Assembly: GCA_046331345.1 (NCBI GenBank)
Contig: JAXLRA010000006.1
Span: 623,614-687,613 of the forward strand
DNA from: Vicinamibacterales bacterium
GTDB lineage: Bacteria > Acidobacteriota > Vicinamibacteria > Vicinamibacterales > CAVVIG01
DNA length: 64,000 bases
Direction: 5' to 3'
Positions 35,649-45,021 of this stretch are shown here, in pieces; the stretch's first letter is position 1; each line of letters begins with the position of its first letter. The notes under the pieces were generated by a model. That model was not told where the DNA came from and made no database searches. It worked only from the letters and a program-made list of their open reading frames with translations. The position numbers were made by a program, and so were the translations under genes.

Positions 35649-36872
35649 ATGCCTCAGTCGCACAGGCCGCGGGTGAAGGGCTCACTGGAGGATCTGGCCC
35701 ACTTCGGCGGGCCACCGCTTTTCACGTCGCCACTCCATGTTGGCCGCCCGCACGTCGGCACGCATGCGCACTTCCAGGCACGGATGGACCGCGCCTGGGC
35801 GAGCCGCTGGCTGACCAACGACGGTCCGCTCGTCCAGGAACTCGAGTCCAGGCTGGCCGGCTTTCTCGGCGTTCCCCACTGCGTGGCCATGTGCAATGCC
35901 ACCGCCGCGCTTCAACTGCTCCTGCGCGCCTCAGGCGTGACGGGTGAAGTGATCGTGCCGTCGTTCACGTTCGTGGCGACCGCCCATGCCGTGGCGTGGC
36001 AGGGCCTCGTCCCCGTGTTCGCGGACATCGACCCGAACACCCACAATCTCGACCCGGCGGATGTGGCGCGGCGGATCACCAGCCAGACGAGCGCCATCAT
36101 CGGCGTCCACGTGTGGGGCCGTCCGGCGCCGGTCGAGGCGCTCGGCGCGCTGGCCCGCACGCACGGACTGCGCCTCTTCTTCGACGCCGCCCACGCCTTC
36201 GGCTGCTCCATCGGTGGGCGCCGCATCGGCGGGTTCGGCGACGCCGAGGTCTTCAGTTTCCACGCGACCAAGGTCTTCAACACGTTCGAGGGCGGCGCGG
36301 TGACGACCGCCGACCCCCACCTGGCGGCCACGCTGCGCTCCCTCCGGAACTTCGGGTTCTCGGACTTCGACCGCACGGACATGCTCGGCACGAACGCGAA
36401 GATGAGCGAGGCATCCGCCGCGATGGGCCTGACCTCGCTCGAGTCGTTCCCGGCCTTCGTGGCCGAGAACCGCCGGCACTACGACGCCTGGGCCAGGGGG
36501 CTCGCGGGCATCCCCGGCATCAGCCTCATCCCGTTCGATCCCGCGCACGACAACAACTATCACTACGCGGTCGCGGTCCTCTCCCCGGAGTTCGCGCTCC
36601 ATCGCGACACCCTGTGGAACCTGATGCTCGCCGAGGGGATCCTCGCACGCCGCTACTTCTGGCCGGGGTGTCACAGGATGGCGCCCTACAACGCCGCACC
36701 GCAGACGCTGCCGCACACCGAACAGCTGTCGGCGCGGGTGCTGTGCCTGCCCTCGGGCGGCGACCTGCCGGATGAGAGCATCGATGCCGTGTGTGCACTG
36801 ATCGCGTTTGCGCAGGCACACGCCCCGGCGATCGACGAGCGGTTGCTGACGCTGACCAGCGCGTCTCGCTAG
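35649..36872 (+). CDS. DegT/DnrJ/EryC1/StrS-family sugar aminotransferase
   Basis: ORF 35451..36872 trimmed to ATG 35649 (35637 is also possible). The sequence reads LHVGRPHVG...WLTNDGPLVQELE...NATAAL...FSFHATKVF, with the PLP Lys context. Confidence 0.88.
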   Translation: MPQSHRPRVKGSLEDLAHFGGPPLFTSPLHVGRPHVGTHAHFQARMDRAWASRWLTNDGPLVQELESRLAGFLGVPHCVAMCNATAALQLLLRASGVTGEVIVPSFTFVATAHAVAWQGLVPVFADIDPNTHNLDPADVARRITSQTSAIIGVHVWGRPAPVEALGALARTHGLRLFFDAAHAFGCSIGGRRIGGFGDAEVFSFHATKVFNTFEGGAVTTADPHLAATLRSLRNFGFSDFDRTDMLGTNAKMSEASAAMGLTSLESFPAFVAENRRHYDAWARGLAGIPGISLIPFDPAHDNNYHYAVAVLSPEFALHRDTLWNLMLAEGILARRYFWPGCHRMAPYNAAPQTLPHTEQLSARVLCLPSGGDLPDESIDAVCALIAFAQAHAPAIDERLLTLTSASR

Positions 36873-36890
36873 CCGGCCCGTCGAGCGGCC

Positions 36891-37832
36891 TCAGTCGCGC
36901 TGCGGCCGCAGCAGCGGTCGCGCCAGCCGCCAGCGCCAGAACGCGAACGGTTCTGCCGCGAGCAGGCCCTGCGCCGCGCGCAGCCTTACGGCGGCGGGCG
37001 TGCCTCGCGTCGCCAGTTCGTCGAGCCGGGACTGCAGTTCGCTCATCATGTGCGCGCGTTCACGGCCGGTGAGCCAGGGGATCAGGTCGGCAATGCTCCG
37101 CACGTCGATCAGGCATCGCTGCTGTTCGCTGAGCGCCGACCACGCGCCACCGGCATGGAGCCGGTACACCCCGACGATGCGGTCGACGAAACAGACCGGC
37201 GCGAGGCCGGTCTGCGCGAGGATCCACAGGGTGCTCGTCCAGTCACCACTGAGGTGCGGTGGAACCCGCGTGAGCATGTCGCGCCTGATCATCTTCGTGC
37301 AGGTCCGCAGCCACCACTGCCCCTCGAACATGCCACGGGCCCCGGAGGCCATCAACGTCTCGAGCGGATCCGATGGCTGGATCTCGGATGGCGCGTCGTC
37401 GCCGTCACGCCAGACGTAAGCGCGGGCACCACAGAGCGCGGCCTCGGGCTGCGCCATCAGCGCGTCGACCTGCGACTGCAGTTTCGCGGTGTCGGTCCAG
37501 TAGTCGTCCCCTTCCAGCTGCGCGACGTACGTGCCCCGGCTGCAGCCGAGCACTGCGCGCACGTTGGCGGCAGCGCCCCGGTTGCGGTTCTGCAGCACGA
37601 CACGAATGAGGTGCGGGTACCGCCGCTGCCAGTCGAGCACGATGCCCCGCGTGCCGTCCGTGGAGCAGTCCTCGCCGATGACGAGTTCGATGGGGAACGA
37701 CGTCTCCTGCTTCACGACGCCTTCGATGGCCTGCCCGATGAAGCGCTCGTGGTTGTAGGTCACCATCACGACGCTGACGACCGGGCTGCGCGGAATCCCG
37801 GCGGAGGAGACCTCGGTGAAGTCGGCACTCAT
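36891..37832 (-). CDS. family 2 glycosyltransferase
   Basis: It reads VSVVMVTYNHERFIGQAIEGVVKQ...IGEDCSTDGT...LEGDDYW. Its start overlaps the upstream stop (ATGA). Confidence 0.88.
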   Translation of the reverse strand: MSADFTEVSSAGIPRSPVVSVVMVTYNHERFIGQAIEGVVKQETSFPIELVIGEDCSTDGTRGIVLDWQRRYPHLIRVVLQNRNRGAAANVRAVLGCSRGTYVAQLEGDDYWTDTAKLQSQVDALMAQPEAALCGARAYVWRDGDDAPSEIQPSDPLETLMASGARGMFEGQWWLRTCTKMIRRDMLTRVPPHLSGDWTSTLWILAQTGLAPVCFVDRIVGVYRLHAGGAWSALSEQQRCLIDVRSIADLIPWLTGRERAHMMSELQSRLDELATRGTPAAVRLRAAQGLLAAEPFAFWRWRLARPLLRPQRD

Positions 37833-39511
37833 GGCTGGAGCATGTCCGCGAAGTCCTTGTCGATCCGCGTCACGATGGCGGCGTCCACGGTGCGCGGGTC
37901 GCCCTTGTCCGGTTCCTTCGCCGAGTACAGCACCAGCTTCACCGAGCCGCAGCCTGCGCGGAGTGCACCGGGCGCGAACACATAGAGCCCTTCCCTGAAG
38001 GTTTGTGTGTCGGAGACCGGGGTGTCGATGACGAGCGCGTGAATCGGCGTCACTTCATCGGGGCCACAGTACGCCTGCATGCGCGAGAACTCCGCCTTCG
38101 CGCTCTTCATGGGAGGCAGCTGGATGCCCTGGGTCATCGCGGCCCCTCGCACGAGGCCGCGCCAGAACCCCTCGGCCATCTTCGGAGTGACCCGTACGAG
38201 GAGCACCGGCGGGACCTCGGCCACATAGTCGGACCAGGCCCCGAACTCCATCTGCCTCGACGTCCGGACCTCCTCGTCGAGCGAGCGATGCGTGTCCCGG
38301 CTCGTCGTGCGCCTGTCAGCCGGCGGGTGCTGTGCGGCGTAGGTCATCACCGGCGTGATGAAGGCCAGATCGAAGTCCGACGAGGAGATCTGGTAGGCGT
38401 TCAGGTCGCCGCCGCGTTTCGCGACCGCGGGCGCCAGCGCGTCCAGCGACGTCGGCCGCAGCGGGTCGACCGGCAGGTGGGCGGGAGAAGGCCGCTTTCC
38501 TGCTGTCAGCGCAGCCTCGGCGCGAGGCAGCAGGGCGCACAGGCTGTCCAGCGCCACCACCGGAAAGAGCCGGCGCCGGGTGTCGTCGCCGGCTGGCGGC
38601 AGCGCTGACAGCCCGACAAGCTCCGATGCCTCGGAGAAGACCGGTCCGCCCGCGCCGCCAGCGGGGATCCGCAGGTCGGCCTCCACCCGCGGCCCATCGG
38701 CACGCTTGACCTCGCCCGCCGACAGCGTGTCCTGGAGCGCACGCAGCGGCACGCCGAGCGCGAACAGTTCGTCTCCCTCGACAGGCGGCTTCGGCGCAGC
38801 GGGGCACGTGACGCTCAGGGGCCGGATTCCCGCCGCCGAGTCGGCCCCGATGCGCACCACGGCCACGTTCGCCGCCGCGTCGGCGGCGACGACGGCACCG
38901 GTCACTTTCAGCGTCGGCGAGAGCTGTACCGCGACGGACGTCTGGCCACCGATTGCGCCGGCGCTCGTGGCCACGAGTCCACGCGGGTCGACCAGGAATC
39001 CCGAGGCGCGGCTCGTCGGTGTCCACAGCGCGAACACGGCCGGCTTCCACGCCTGCAGCGCGATCGATGGGCTGGACGCACGCGAGGCCGGCGCGTTCGG
39101 CGCTGCCGGTCCCGCGTCGCCGACCGCGGCATTCGACGCGTTCAGCACCAGCGTGGCCTCGACGCCGGCACGCACATCGACATCAATCGTCCACTCGTAC
39201 GCCTTGCCGTCGAAGGCCACAGGCTCCTCCGACTCCACGGTGTAGTTGCCCGGACGAAGACGGACATCCACCTTTCCGTCGGCGCCAGTCACAACGCGCC
39301 GGGGAGCGGCCGTCGCGGGGTTGTCGCTGATCAGCAGCGAGTGCCTCGGTACCGGCACGGGCTGCCGGGCCGCATCGAGCAGCGACACGGTGAGACGCAG
39401 CGTGCCCTGCACCTGTGCAAGGGCTGTAGCCGTCATGACAACGCCGAGGAGCAACGCAATGGCGAGCTGCGTGGCGAGCCGGACCCGACGCACGGCTGAC
39501 ACCTTGTTCAT
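37829..39511 (-). CDS. secreted trypsin-fold protein lacking an obvious catalytic triad (candidate pseudo-protease) with an N-terminal CarboxypepD_reg-like domain
   Basis: ORF 37829..40123 trimmed to ATG 39511, which gives a signal peptide (...ATALAQ). The triad contexts read GFLVDPRGLVATSAGAI (no His), NVAVVRI (Asn at the Asp position) and GGAGGPVF (Ala at the Ser position). Confidence 0.6.
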   Translation of the reverse strand: MNKVSAVRRVRLATQLAIALLLGVVMTATALAQVQGTLRLTVSLLDAARQPVPVPRHSLLISDNPATAAPRRVVTGADGKVDVRLRPGNYTVESEEPVAFDGKAYEWTIDVDVRAGVEATLVLNASNAAVGDAGPAAPNAPASRASSPSIALQAWKPAVFALWTPTSRASGFLVDPRGLVATSAGAIGGQTSVAVQLSPTLKVTGAVVAADAAANVAVVRIGADSAAGIRPLSVTCPAAPKPPVEGDELFALGVPLRALQDTLSAGEVKRADGPRVEADLRIPAGGAGGPVFSEASELVGLSALPPAGDDTRRRLFPVVALDSLCALLPRAEAALTAGKRPSPAHLPVDPLRPTSLDALAPAVAKRGGDLNAYQISSSDFDLAFITPVMTYAAQHPPADRRTTSRDTHRSLDEEVRTSRQMEFGAWSDYVAEVPPVLLVRVTPKMAEGFWRGLVRGAAMTQGIQLPPMKSAKAEFSRMQAYCGPDEVTPIHALVIDTPVSDTQTFREGLYVFAPGALRAGCGSVKLVLYSAKEPDKGDPRTVDAAIVTRIDKDFADMLQP

Positions 39512-40707
39512 GGCACGCGCGTCGACAGCCACTCGCGAGCGGCGGCCAGAACCTGTTCGCTGGAGGCCTGCAGCCCGCCGCACTGCGCGAGGTCCGGCTT
39601 GCCTCCACCGCGGCCGGAGAAGGCCTTCGCCAGGCTGCCGATCAGCTCCTGGCACGGCACAGCCAGGTCGGCGGCGCGGGCGGCAACGGCGAGCACTGGA
39701 GTCGAGGTCGACACCAGGACGGCCAGGACGCCTGGCGTCGTCGCCACGGCCGACGCGAGCGCCTTCAGGCGCACGGCATCGCCGTCGATCGCCTGAAGCA
39801 CCACGCGGCCAATCGGTGATGCGGCCGACTCCGCCGCGAGCGCCGTCGCCTCGTACTTCGCCAGTTCGAGCTGCGCCGCCATGATGGTCCGCCGCTGCTC
39901 CTTGAGGTCGGCCTGGAGCCGCTCGACGGCGGCCGGGAGTTCGGACGGCAGCACGGAGAGCAGGCGAATTGTGGCTGCCGTGGTGTCCCGCAGCACCTGG
40001 AAGCGCGTCAAGGTGCGTCGACCGCAGAGGAACTCCAGCCGCTGCCCGCCCTTGAAGCGCTCCCACGAGGCGATCGACACCTGGCCGATCGCGCCGGTCC
40101 GGGCCACGTGCGTGCCGCCGCACGCGGAGAGGTCGTGTCCCTCGATCTCGACGATCCGCAGGGTGCCCGTGCGGACCGGCTCCTTCCGCAGCGGAAGCGC
40201 CCGGGCTTCATCGTCCGTCGCGTACCGGACCGTGACGGGGCAGTCCGCCCACACCGCGTCGTTCGCGAGCACTTCGGCCCGCTCGATCTGTGCCGGCGTC
40301 AGTTCGCGGTCGATGTCGATCGTGCTGGCGTCGGTCCCGAGGTGGAAGCTGACCGTGCGTGCGCCAAACGCGTGCTCGATCACGGCAGACAGCAGGTGCT
40401 GCCCCGTGTGCTGTTGCATGTGGTCGAACCGGCGTGGCCAGTCCACGACGCCGTGAACGGGCGTCCCGGGCTCGGGTCCGCTCCCGCTCACCAGGTGGAC
40501 GATGTCGCCGTCCTCGTCGTCCAGCACGTCGATCAGCGGCAGACCGGCGAGCGTGCCGAGGTCGTGGGGCTGGCCGCCGGATGTCGGATAGAACGCCGTG
40601 CGATCGAGCCAGACCGCGGTGTGTTCGCCGCGGGCCTCGCTCCGCGTGACGGTGGCGTCAAATTCGCGTGTGGTCGAGCCGTCGTAGTAGATCCGTGTCG
40701 TGGCCAT
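39508..40707 (-). CDS. alanyl-tRNA editing protein (AlaX-L type, with a DHHA1-like C-terminus)
   Basis: It has FYPTSGGQPHD and the zinc motifs HTGQHLLS and CGGTHV. Confidence 0.85.
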   Translation of the reverse strand: MATTRIYYDGSTTREFDATVTRSEARGEHTAVWLDRTAFYPTSGGQPHDLGTLAGLPLIDVLDDEDGDIVHLVSGSGPEPGTPVHGVVDWPRRFDHMQQHTGQHLLSAVIEHAFGARTVSFHLGTDASTIDIDRELTPAQIERAEVLANDAVWADCPVTVRYATDDEARALPLRKEPVRTGTLRIVEIEGHDLSACGGTHVARTGAIGQVSIASWERFKGGQRLEFLCGRRTLTRFQVLRDTTAATIRLLSVLPSELPAAVERLQADLKEQRRTIMAAQLELAKYEATALAAESAASPIGRVVLQAIDGDAVRLKALASAVATTPGVLAVLVSTSTPVLAVAARAADLAVPCQELIGSLAKAFSGRGGGKPDLAQCGGLQASSEQVLAAAREWLSTRVP

Positions 40708-42505
40708 GCCCGTCCGCCATCATAGCGGGAAGATCGAAATAGAACGTCGCACCGCCCGCGTCGTTGCGGAAGTAGCCGATGGTGCCCTCGAACGACCGGA
40801 CGATCCCGTAGCTGATGGCGAGGCCGAGACCGGTCCCCTCTCCCACGGTGCGGGTGGTGAAGAACGGCTGGAAGAGGCGAGCCTCATCCTCCGTGCGGAC
40901 GCCGGGACCGTTGTCGGCGACTTCGCACCGCACGCGCAGCCCGGCATCGAGCAGCCGCACCCTGATCCGCGGCGACGGCTTCCCGGATGACAGGAGCGCC
41001 TGCTCGGCGTTGATCACCAGGCTGAGCAGCACCTGTGTCAGGTCGGCAAAGCCCGCGTGCACGACGCGGGTGGTGTCGTACACCGTCTCGAGAGCGATTC
41101 CCTCTTCGTCGAGTTCGCGTGCGCGGAGCTGCTGCACCTCGGCGACGACGTCGCGGAGATCGACCGGCTCGGGTGTCGTGAGCTGCGGGTCGCTGAAACG
41201 GGAGAGGCTGCGGACGATCTCGCGCATGCGGATGGCTTGCGCCTGCACGAACGCGCCTTCCGCCCGGGCCTCGGCCGAGGCGTCCGGGTGTCGCTGCAGG
41301 ATCTCCGCGCTGCCGAGAATGGCCTGGAGCGGATTGTTGATCTCGTGGGCCACGCCGGAGACGAGCTGCCCGACGGCCGCGAGCCGCTCCTGCCTGAGCA
41401 TCTGCCGCTGCAGGGACTGGAGCAGCTGGTTCATCTGGCGCTCATGGCGCACCTGCCGCTGCTGCGTGTCACGGGCCTCGCGGAGGCGGCGGGCCATGGC
41501 GTCGAACGCTTCCTGCAGCTGCGAGAGCTCCAGGTTCGGCATGGCGTCACCGGCAGGGGCGTCGAGATTGCCGTCGGCGATGCGGCGCGCCAGGGTTCGC
41601 AGCGCACGCAACCCGCCCGATGTGTAGTTGGCGCCAGCGAGCGTCACGGCAAACGCCACGCTCAGCCAAACCACGAGGAGCAGGACGTTCCTCAACCAGT
41701 TGGCCCGAACGCGCGCCTGCACCGACGAGAGCGGGGCGGCGACGACCACCCGCCAGTCGGCACGCTCGAGGGGAACCCGGGCACCGATGCGCTCCACGCC
41801 GTCGAGATCGCGCAGCGCCAGTCCGTCCTGTGTCAGCAGGGACGCGGCGTTGGTGCCGTAATAGCGGGTCGCATCGACGTTCCGGGCCAGCACCAGCCCG
41901 GCGCCGTCCACCACCGTCACCACGGCCCCGGCGGGCAGGGGCGCCTCGCTGAACACGCGCGGGAGCTGGTCGAGATCCAGCGCCAGCCCGAGGGCACCCG
42001 CCACACTCCCGGACGCCGACCGCACGGGGACGGCCACCACCGCGTTCCAGCGACCGGAGGCGGGCGCCTTGAACACCCCGCTGACCACCAGCTCGCCTGT
42101 CTGGAGTACCCGCGCGAGCACGGGCTGCTGGGTCGATGGCGAGGAGGAGGCCGGCTTCGCGGACGCGACGACGAGCCCAGCGGCATCGACGAGCACGATG
42201 TTGCGCAGGAGCGGGGCCTGGGCAAAGACCGTCTCGAGCACGGGCGCGGCGGCCGCGCGGTCGAGCGCCCGCACGGCTGGATGCTGCCCGAGCGCGGTGC
42301 CGATCGCCTGCAGGTCTGCCACCTGGTGATCGAGCGAGGCCGCCACGGTCGCCGCCAGCGACGTCGTGGTGTCGCGGACCTCAGCGCGGCGCTCGTCCCA
42401 GGTCCGGTAGCCGGCCCAGACGATGAGCGCGGACAGGAGCACGACCAGCAGACCGGCTGCTGCGAGAATCTGACGCCGGAGGGGCTGGCGGCTGAGGAGC
42501 GTCAC
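40658..42505 (-). CDS. sensor histidine kinase (Cache-like periplasmic domain, HAMP, HisKA, HATPase)
   Basis: GTG start with two transmembrane segments. It has the H-box GVAHEINNPL and the G-boxes DNGPGV and GTGLGLAISY. Its 3' end overlaps alaX by 50 nt. Confidence 0.88.
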   Translation of the reverse strand: MTLLSRQPLRRQILAAAGLLVVLLSALIVWAGYRTWDERRAEVRDTTTSLAATVAASLDHQVADLQAIGTALGQHPAVRALDRAAAAPVLETVFAQAPLLRNIVLVDAAGLVVASAKPASSSPSTQQPVLARVLQTGELVVSGVFKAPASGRWNAVVAVPVRSASGSVAGALGLALDLDQLPRVFSEAPLPAGAVVTVVDGAGLVLARNVDATRYYGTNAASLLTQDGLALRDLDGVERIGARVPLERADWRVVVAAPLSSVQARVRANWLRNVLLLVVWLSVAFAVTLAGANYTSGGLRALRTLARRIADGNLDAPAGDAMPNLELSQLQEAFDAMARRLREARDTQQRQVRHERQMNQLLQSLQRQMLRQERLAAVGQLVSGVAHEINNPLQAILGSAEILQRHPDASAEARAEGAFVQAQAIRMREIVRSLSRFSDPQLTTPEPVDLRDVVAEVQQLRARELDEEGIALETVYDTTRVVHAGFADLTQVLLSLVINAEQALLSSGKPSPRIRVRLLDAGLRVRCEVADNGPGVRTEDEARLFQPFFTTRTVGEGTGLGLAISYGIVRSFEGTIGYFRNDAGGATFYFDLPAMMADGHGHDTDLLRRLDHTRI

Positions 42506-42517
42506 ACCGCGGGAACT

Positions 42518-43192
42518 CTACCTGATGAGCGCCGGATCCGGTACACCAACCTCGGCGAACCCCCTGGCCCGGAGGACACAGCTGTCACACCGGCCGCAGG
42601 CCCTGCCTTCGGTGTCGGGGTTGTAGCAGCTGTGCGTCAGGCCGTAGTCGAGACCCAGGGCGAGCCCCCGCCTGATGATGTCGGCCTTCGAGAGCGCGAT
42701 GAGGGGGGTGTGGATCCGGAAGCGCGCCCCTTCGACGCCCGCCCGCGTGGCCAGGTTGGCCAGTTGCTCGAACGCGGCGACGAACTCCGGCCGGCAGTCC
42801 GGATAGCCGGAATAGTCGAGCGCGTTCACGCCGATGATGATGTCCGTCGCGCCGAGCACCTCGGCCCAGCCGAGCGCAAGCGACAGGAACACCGTGTTGC
42901 GGGCCGGGACATAGGTGGAAGGAATGTCCGTGGCGCCCAGGTCGCGATCCTCGGGCACGGGCAGGTCGGTCGTAAGCGATGACCCGCCGATGGCGCGCAG
43001 GTCGAGTGGCAGCTCGAGGTGCCGCTCCACGCCCAGGGCCGCCGCCACGCGCCTGGCCGCCTGCAGTTCGTGCGCGTGCCGCTGACCATAGAGGATGGAC
43101 AGCGCGTCGAGCGTGAAGCCGTCCGCGCGGGCAATGGCGGCCGCCGTGTACGAGTCCAGACCGCCGCTGAGAAGGACGACCGCGCGCGGCAT
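42518..43192 (-). CDS. queC: 7-cyano-7-deazaguanine synthase
   Basis: ORF trimmed to ATG 43192 ([16 protein letters not shown]). The C-terminal zinc Cys cluster is SCY...CGRCDSC. Its start overlaps the queE stop (ATGA). Confidence 0.93.
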   Translation of the reverse strand: MPRAVVLLSGGLDSYTAAAIARADGFTLDALSILYGQRHAHELQAARRVAAALGVERHLELPLDLRAIGGSSLTTDLPVPEDRDLGATDIPSTYVPARNTVFLSLALGWAEVLGATDIIIGVNALDYSGYPDCRPEFVAAFEQLANLATRAGVEGARFRIHTPLIALSKADIIRRGLALGLDYGLTHSCYNPDTEGRACGRCDSCVLRARGFAEVGVPDPALIR

Positions 43193-43842
43193 CAGACGCC
43201 CCGTGTCTCCGGCGACCAGATGAACTTGTGCAGCTGCAGCTGCACCCGTACCTTCAGCCGATCGGCCAGCACCCACTCCGACAGCTGTCGCGTATCCTGC
43301 ACGCCGTGCACCGGGGAGAACAGCACGGCCCCCACTTTTCCGATGAGTCCGTACTGCGCCACCACGTCACGGGCGTATTCGTAGTCCGCCCGATCCTTGA
43401 TGACGAACTTCACTTCGTCGCCGGGCCCGACGAGCGCCAGGTTCTCCCAGTGGTTGCGGTGGGACTCCCCGCTGCCGGGACACTTCACGTCCACGATCTT
43501 CAGGACCGCTGCGGGCACCCGGGCGATGGACCGATGGCCACCCGTCTCGATCATCACGGTGTGGCCGCGCTCCAGCAGCCGCTCCATGAGCGGATAGACA
43601 TCGTCCTGCAGCAGCGGTTCCCCGCCGGTGACTTCGACGAGCGGACACCCGTACCCCTCCACCTCGGCGACTACATCGTCAACGCTGCGCTTGCGTCCTT
43701 CGTGGAACGCGTACGGCGTATCGCACCAGGAGCAGCGCAGATCGCACGCCGTGAGGCGCACGAACACGCACGGCTCGCCCGCGCGGCGGGACTCGCCCTG
43801 GATGGAGTGGAAGATCTCGTTGATGGTGAGCATCTGGAACAA
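43192..43842 (-). CDS. queE: 7-carboxy-7-deazaguanine synthase (radical SAM)
   Basis: It reads [39 protein letters not shown] 43833 is an alternative start. Confidence 0.92.
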   Translation of the reverse strand: MFQMLTINEIFHSIQGESRRAGEPCVFVRLTACDLRCSWCDTPYAFHEGRKRSVDDVVAEVEGYGCPLVEVTGGEPLLQDDVYPLMERLLERGHTVMIETGGHRSIARVPAAVLKIVDVKCPGSGESHRNHWENLALVGPGDEVKFVIKDRADYEYARDVVAQYGLIGKVGAVLFSPVHGVQDTRQLSEWVLADRLKVRVQLQLHKFIWSPETRGV

Positions 43843-43913
43843 TTGCCAAGGCTAATCGCCAATCGCTGAATTGAACTTCCAATCAGAAATCAGCATGCAG
43901 CAATTGGCGATGT
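43840..43913. repeat. heptad repeat tract (AATCGCC / AATCAGA types) in the queE/DUF72 divergent region
   Basis: caattgc caaggct aatcgcc aatcgct gaattga acttcca atcagaa atcagca tgcagca attggcg. Confidence 0.65.
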
Positions 43914-43928
43914 CTTATTGTACGTGTC

Positions 43929-44915
43929 GTGGGTGAGTTGCGGATCGGCACATCGGGCTGGAATTACCCCTCGGGCAAGGGCACCTGGAACGGCGTGTTC
44001 TATCCGCCGGCCAAGGGGCGCCCGAAGACGTTCGACGAACTCGCCTTCTACGCGGAACACTTCGACACGGTCGAGGTGAACTCGACGTTCTACGGGCAGC
44101 CGCGCGCAGCGGTGTCCAGGAACTGGGCGGAGCGGACACCGGCCGGCTTCGAGTTCTCGGTCAAGCTGTACCAGAAGTTCACGCACCCGAAGATGTTCGA
44201 GACCGCGGTGCGCACGTCGATCCGGACGCCAGAGGGGCACGACGACGCAGTGAGGGAACTCGTGAAACCCACGCAGGCCGATCTCGACGCGTTCAGGCGC
44301 GGCATCGACCCGCTGGCGTCCGCCGGGAAGCTCGGCGCCGTGCTCGCGCAGTTTCCCCCGAGCTTCAAGTCGGGCCCGACCGAGCGGGAGTACCTGATCA
44401 GCCTGCTCCGCGCCCTGTCCGGCTACACGGTGGCGGTCGAAGTGCGCCACAGCAGCTGGAGCGATGCGTTCAGCGAGACGCTGGACCTGCTCAACGACGC
44501 CGGGGCGGCCTGGGTGCAGATCGACGAGCCCAAGTTCCGCTTCTCGATCAGGCAGAACCGGTTGCCGAACGTCAAGGGGTTCTACTACATGCGGCTCCAC
44601 GGGCGGAACGCCGCCCAGTGGTGGACCCACGGCGCCTCGGAAGACCGCTACAACTACCTCTACTCGGCGGACGAACTGCGCGAGTTCAGCGACACCGCGG
44701 GCGCGGCACGGCAGCTCGTGAAGAAGGCCTACCTCTACACGAACAACCACTTCTCGGCGAAGGCGGTCGCCAACGCCACGACGATCAAGCAGCAGTTGGG
44801 GGAGCCGATCACCGGCGAGTACACGTCGGAGTTCATCGCCCAGTTCCCGGATCTGGCGAACGTCGTCCGGGTGCACGCCCCAGGCTTCGCACTGCAGCCG
44901 TCCCCGAAGCGGTGA
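43929..44915 (+). CDS. DUF72 family protein
   Basis: GTG start. It reads LRIGTSGWNYPSGKGTWNGVFYP...FDTVEVNSTFY. Confidence 0.85.
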   Translation: MGELRIGTSGWNYPSGKGTWNGVFYPPAKGRPKTFDELAFYAEHFDTVEVNSTFYGQPRAAVSRNWAERTPAGFEFSVKLYQKFTHPKMFETAVRTSIRTPEGHDDAVRELVKPTQADLDAFRRGIDPLASAGKLGAVLAQFPPSFKSGPTEREYLISLLRALSGYTVAVEVRHSSWSDAFSETLDLLNDAGAAWVQIDEPKFRFSIRQNRLPNVKGFYYMRLHGRNAAQWWTHGASEDRYNYLYSADELREFSDTAGAARQLVKKAYLYTNNHFSAKAVANATTIKQQLGEPITGEYTSEFIAQFPDLANVVRVHAPGFALQPSPKR

Positions 44916-45021
44916 AAACGCTCACGGCCGTCATTACGAACCGGCGACTGCCAATGTGAAGGCGGTCCTCCGAGATCCGTAATGTCCCGCGTCGCCCGTG
45001 TCAGAATCCATATAGCTGAGC

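Noticed and set aside
43843-43928. preQ1 riboswitch upstream of queE-queC
   Set aside because: I could not find the compact preQ1-I/II hairpin-plus-A-rich-tail pattern. The spacer is occupied by heptad repeats instead. A covariance-model scan would be needed for certainty.
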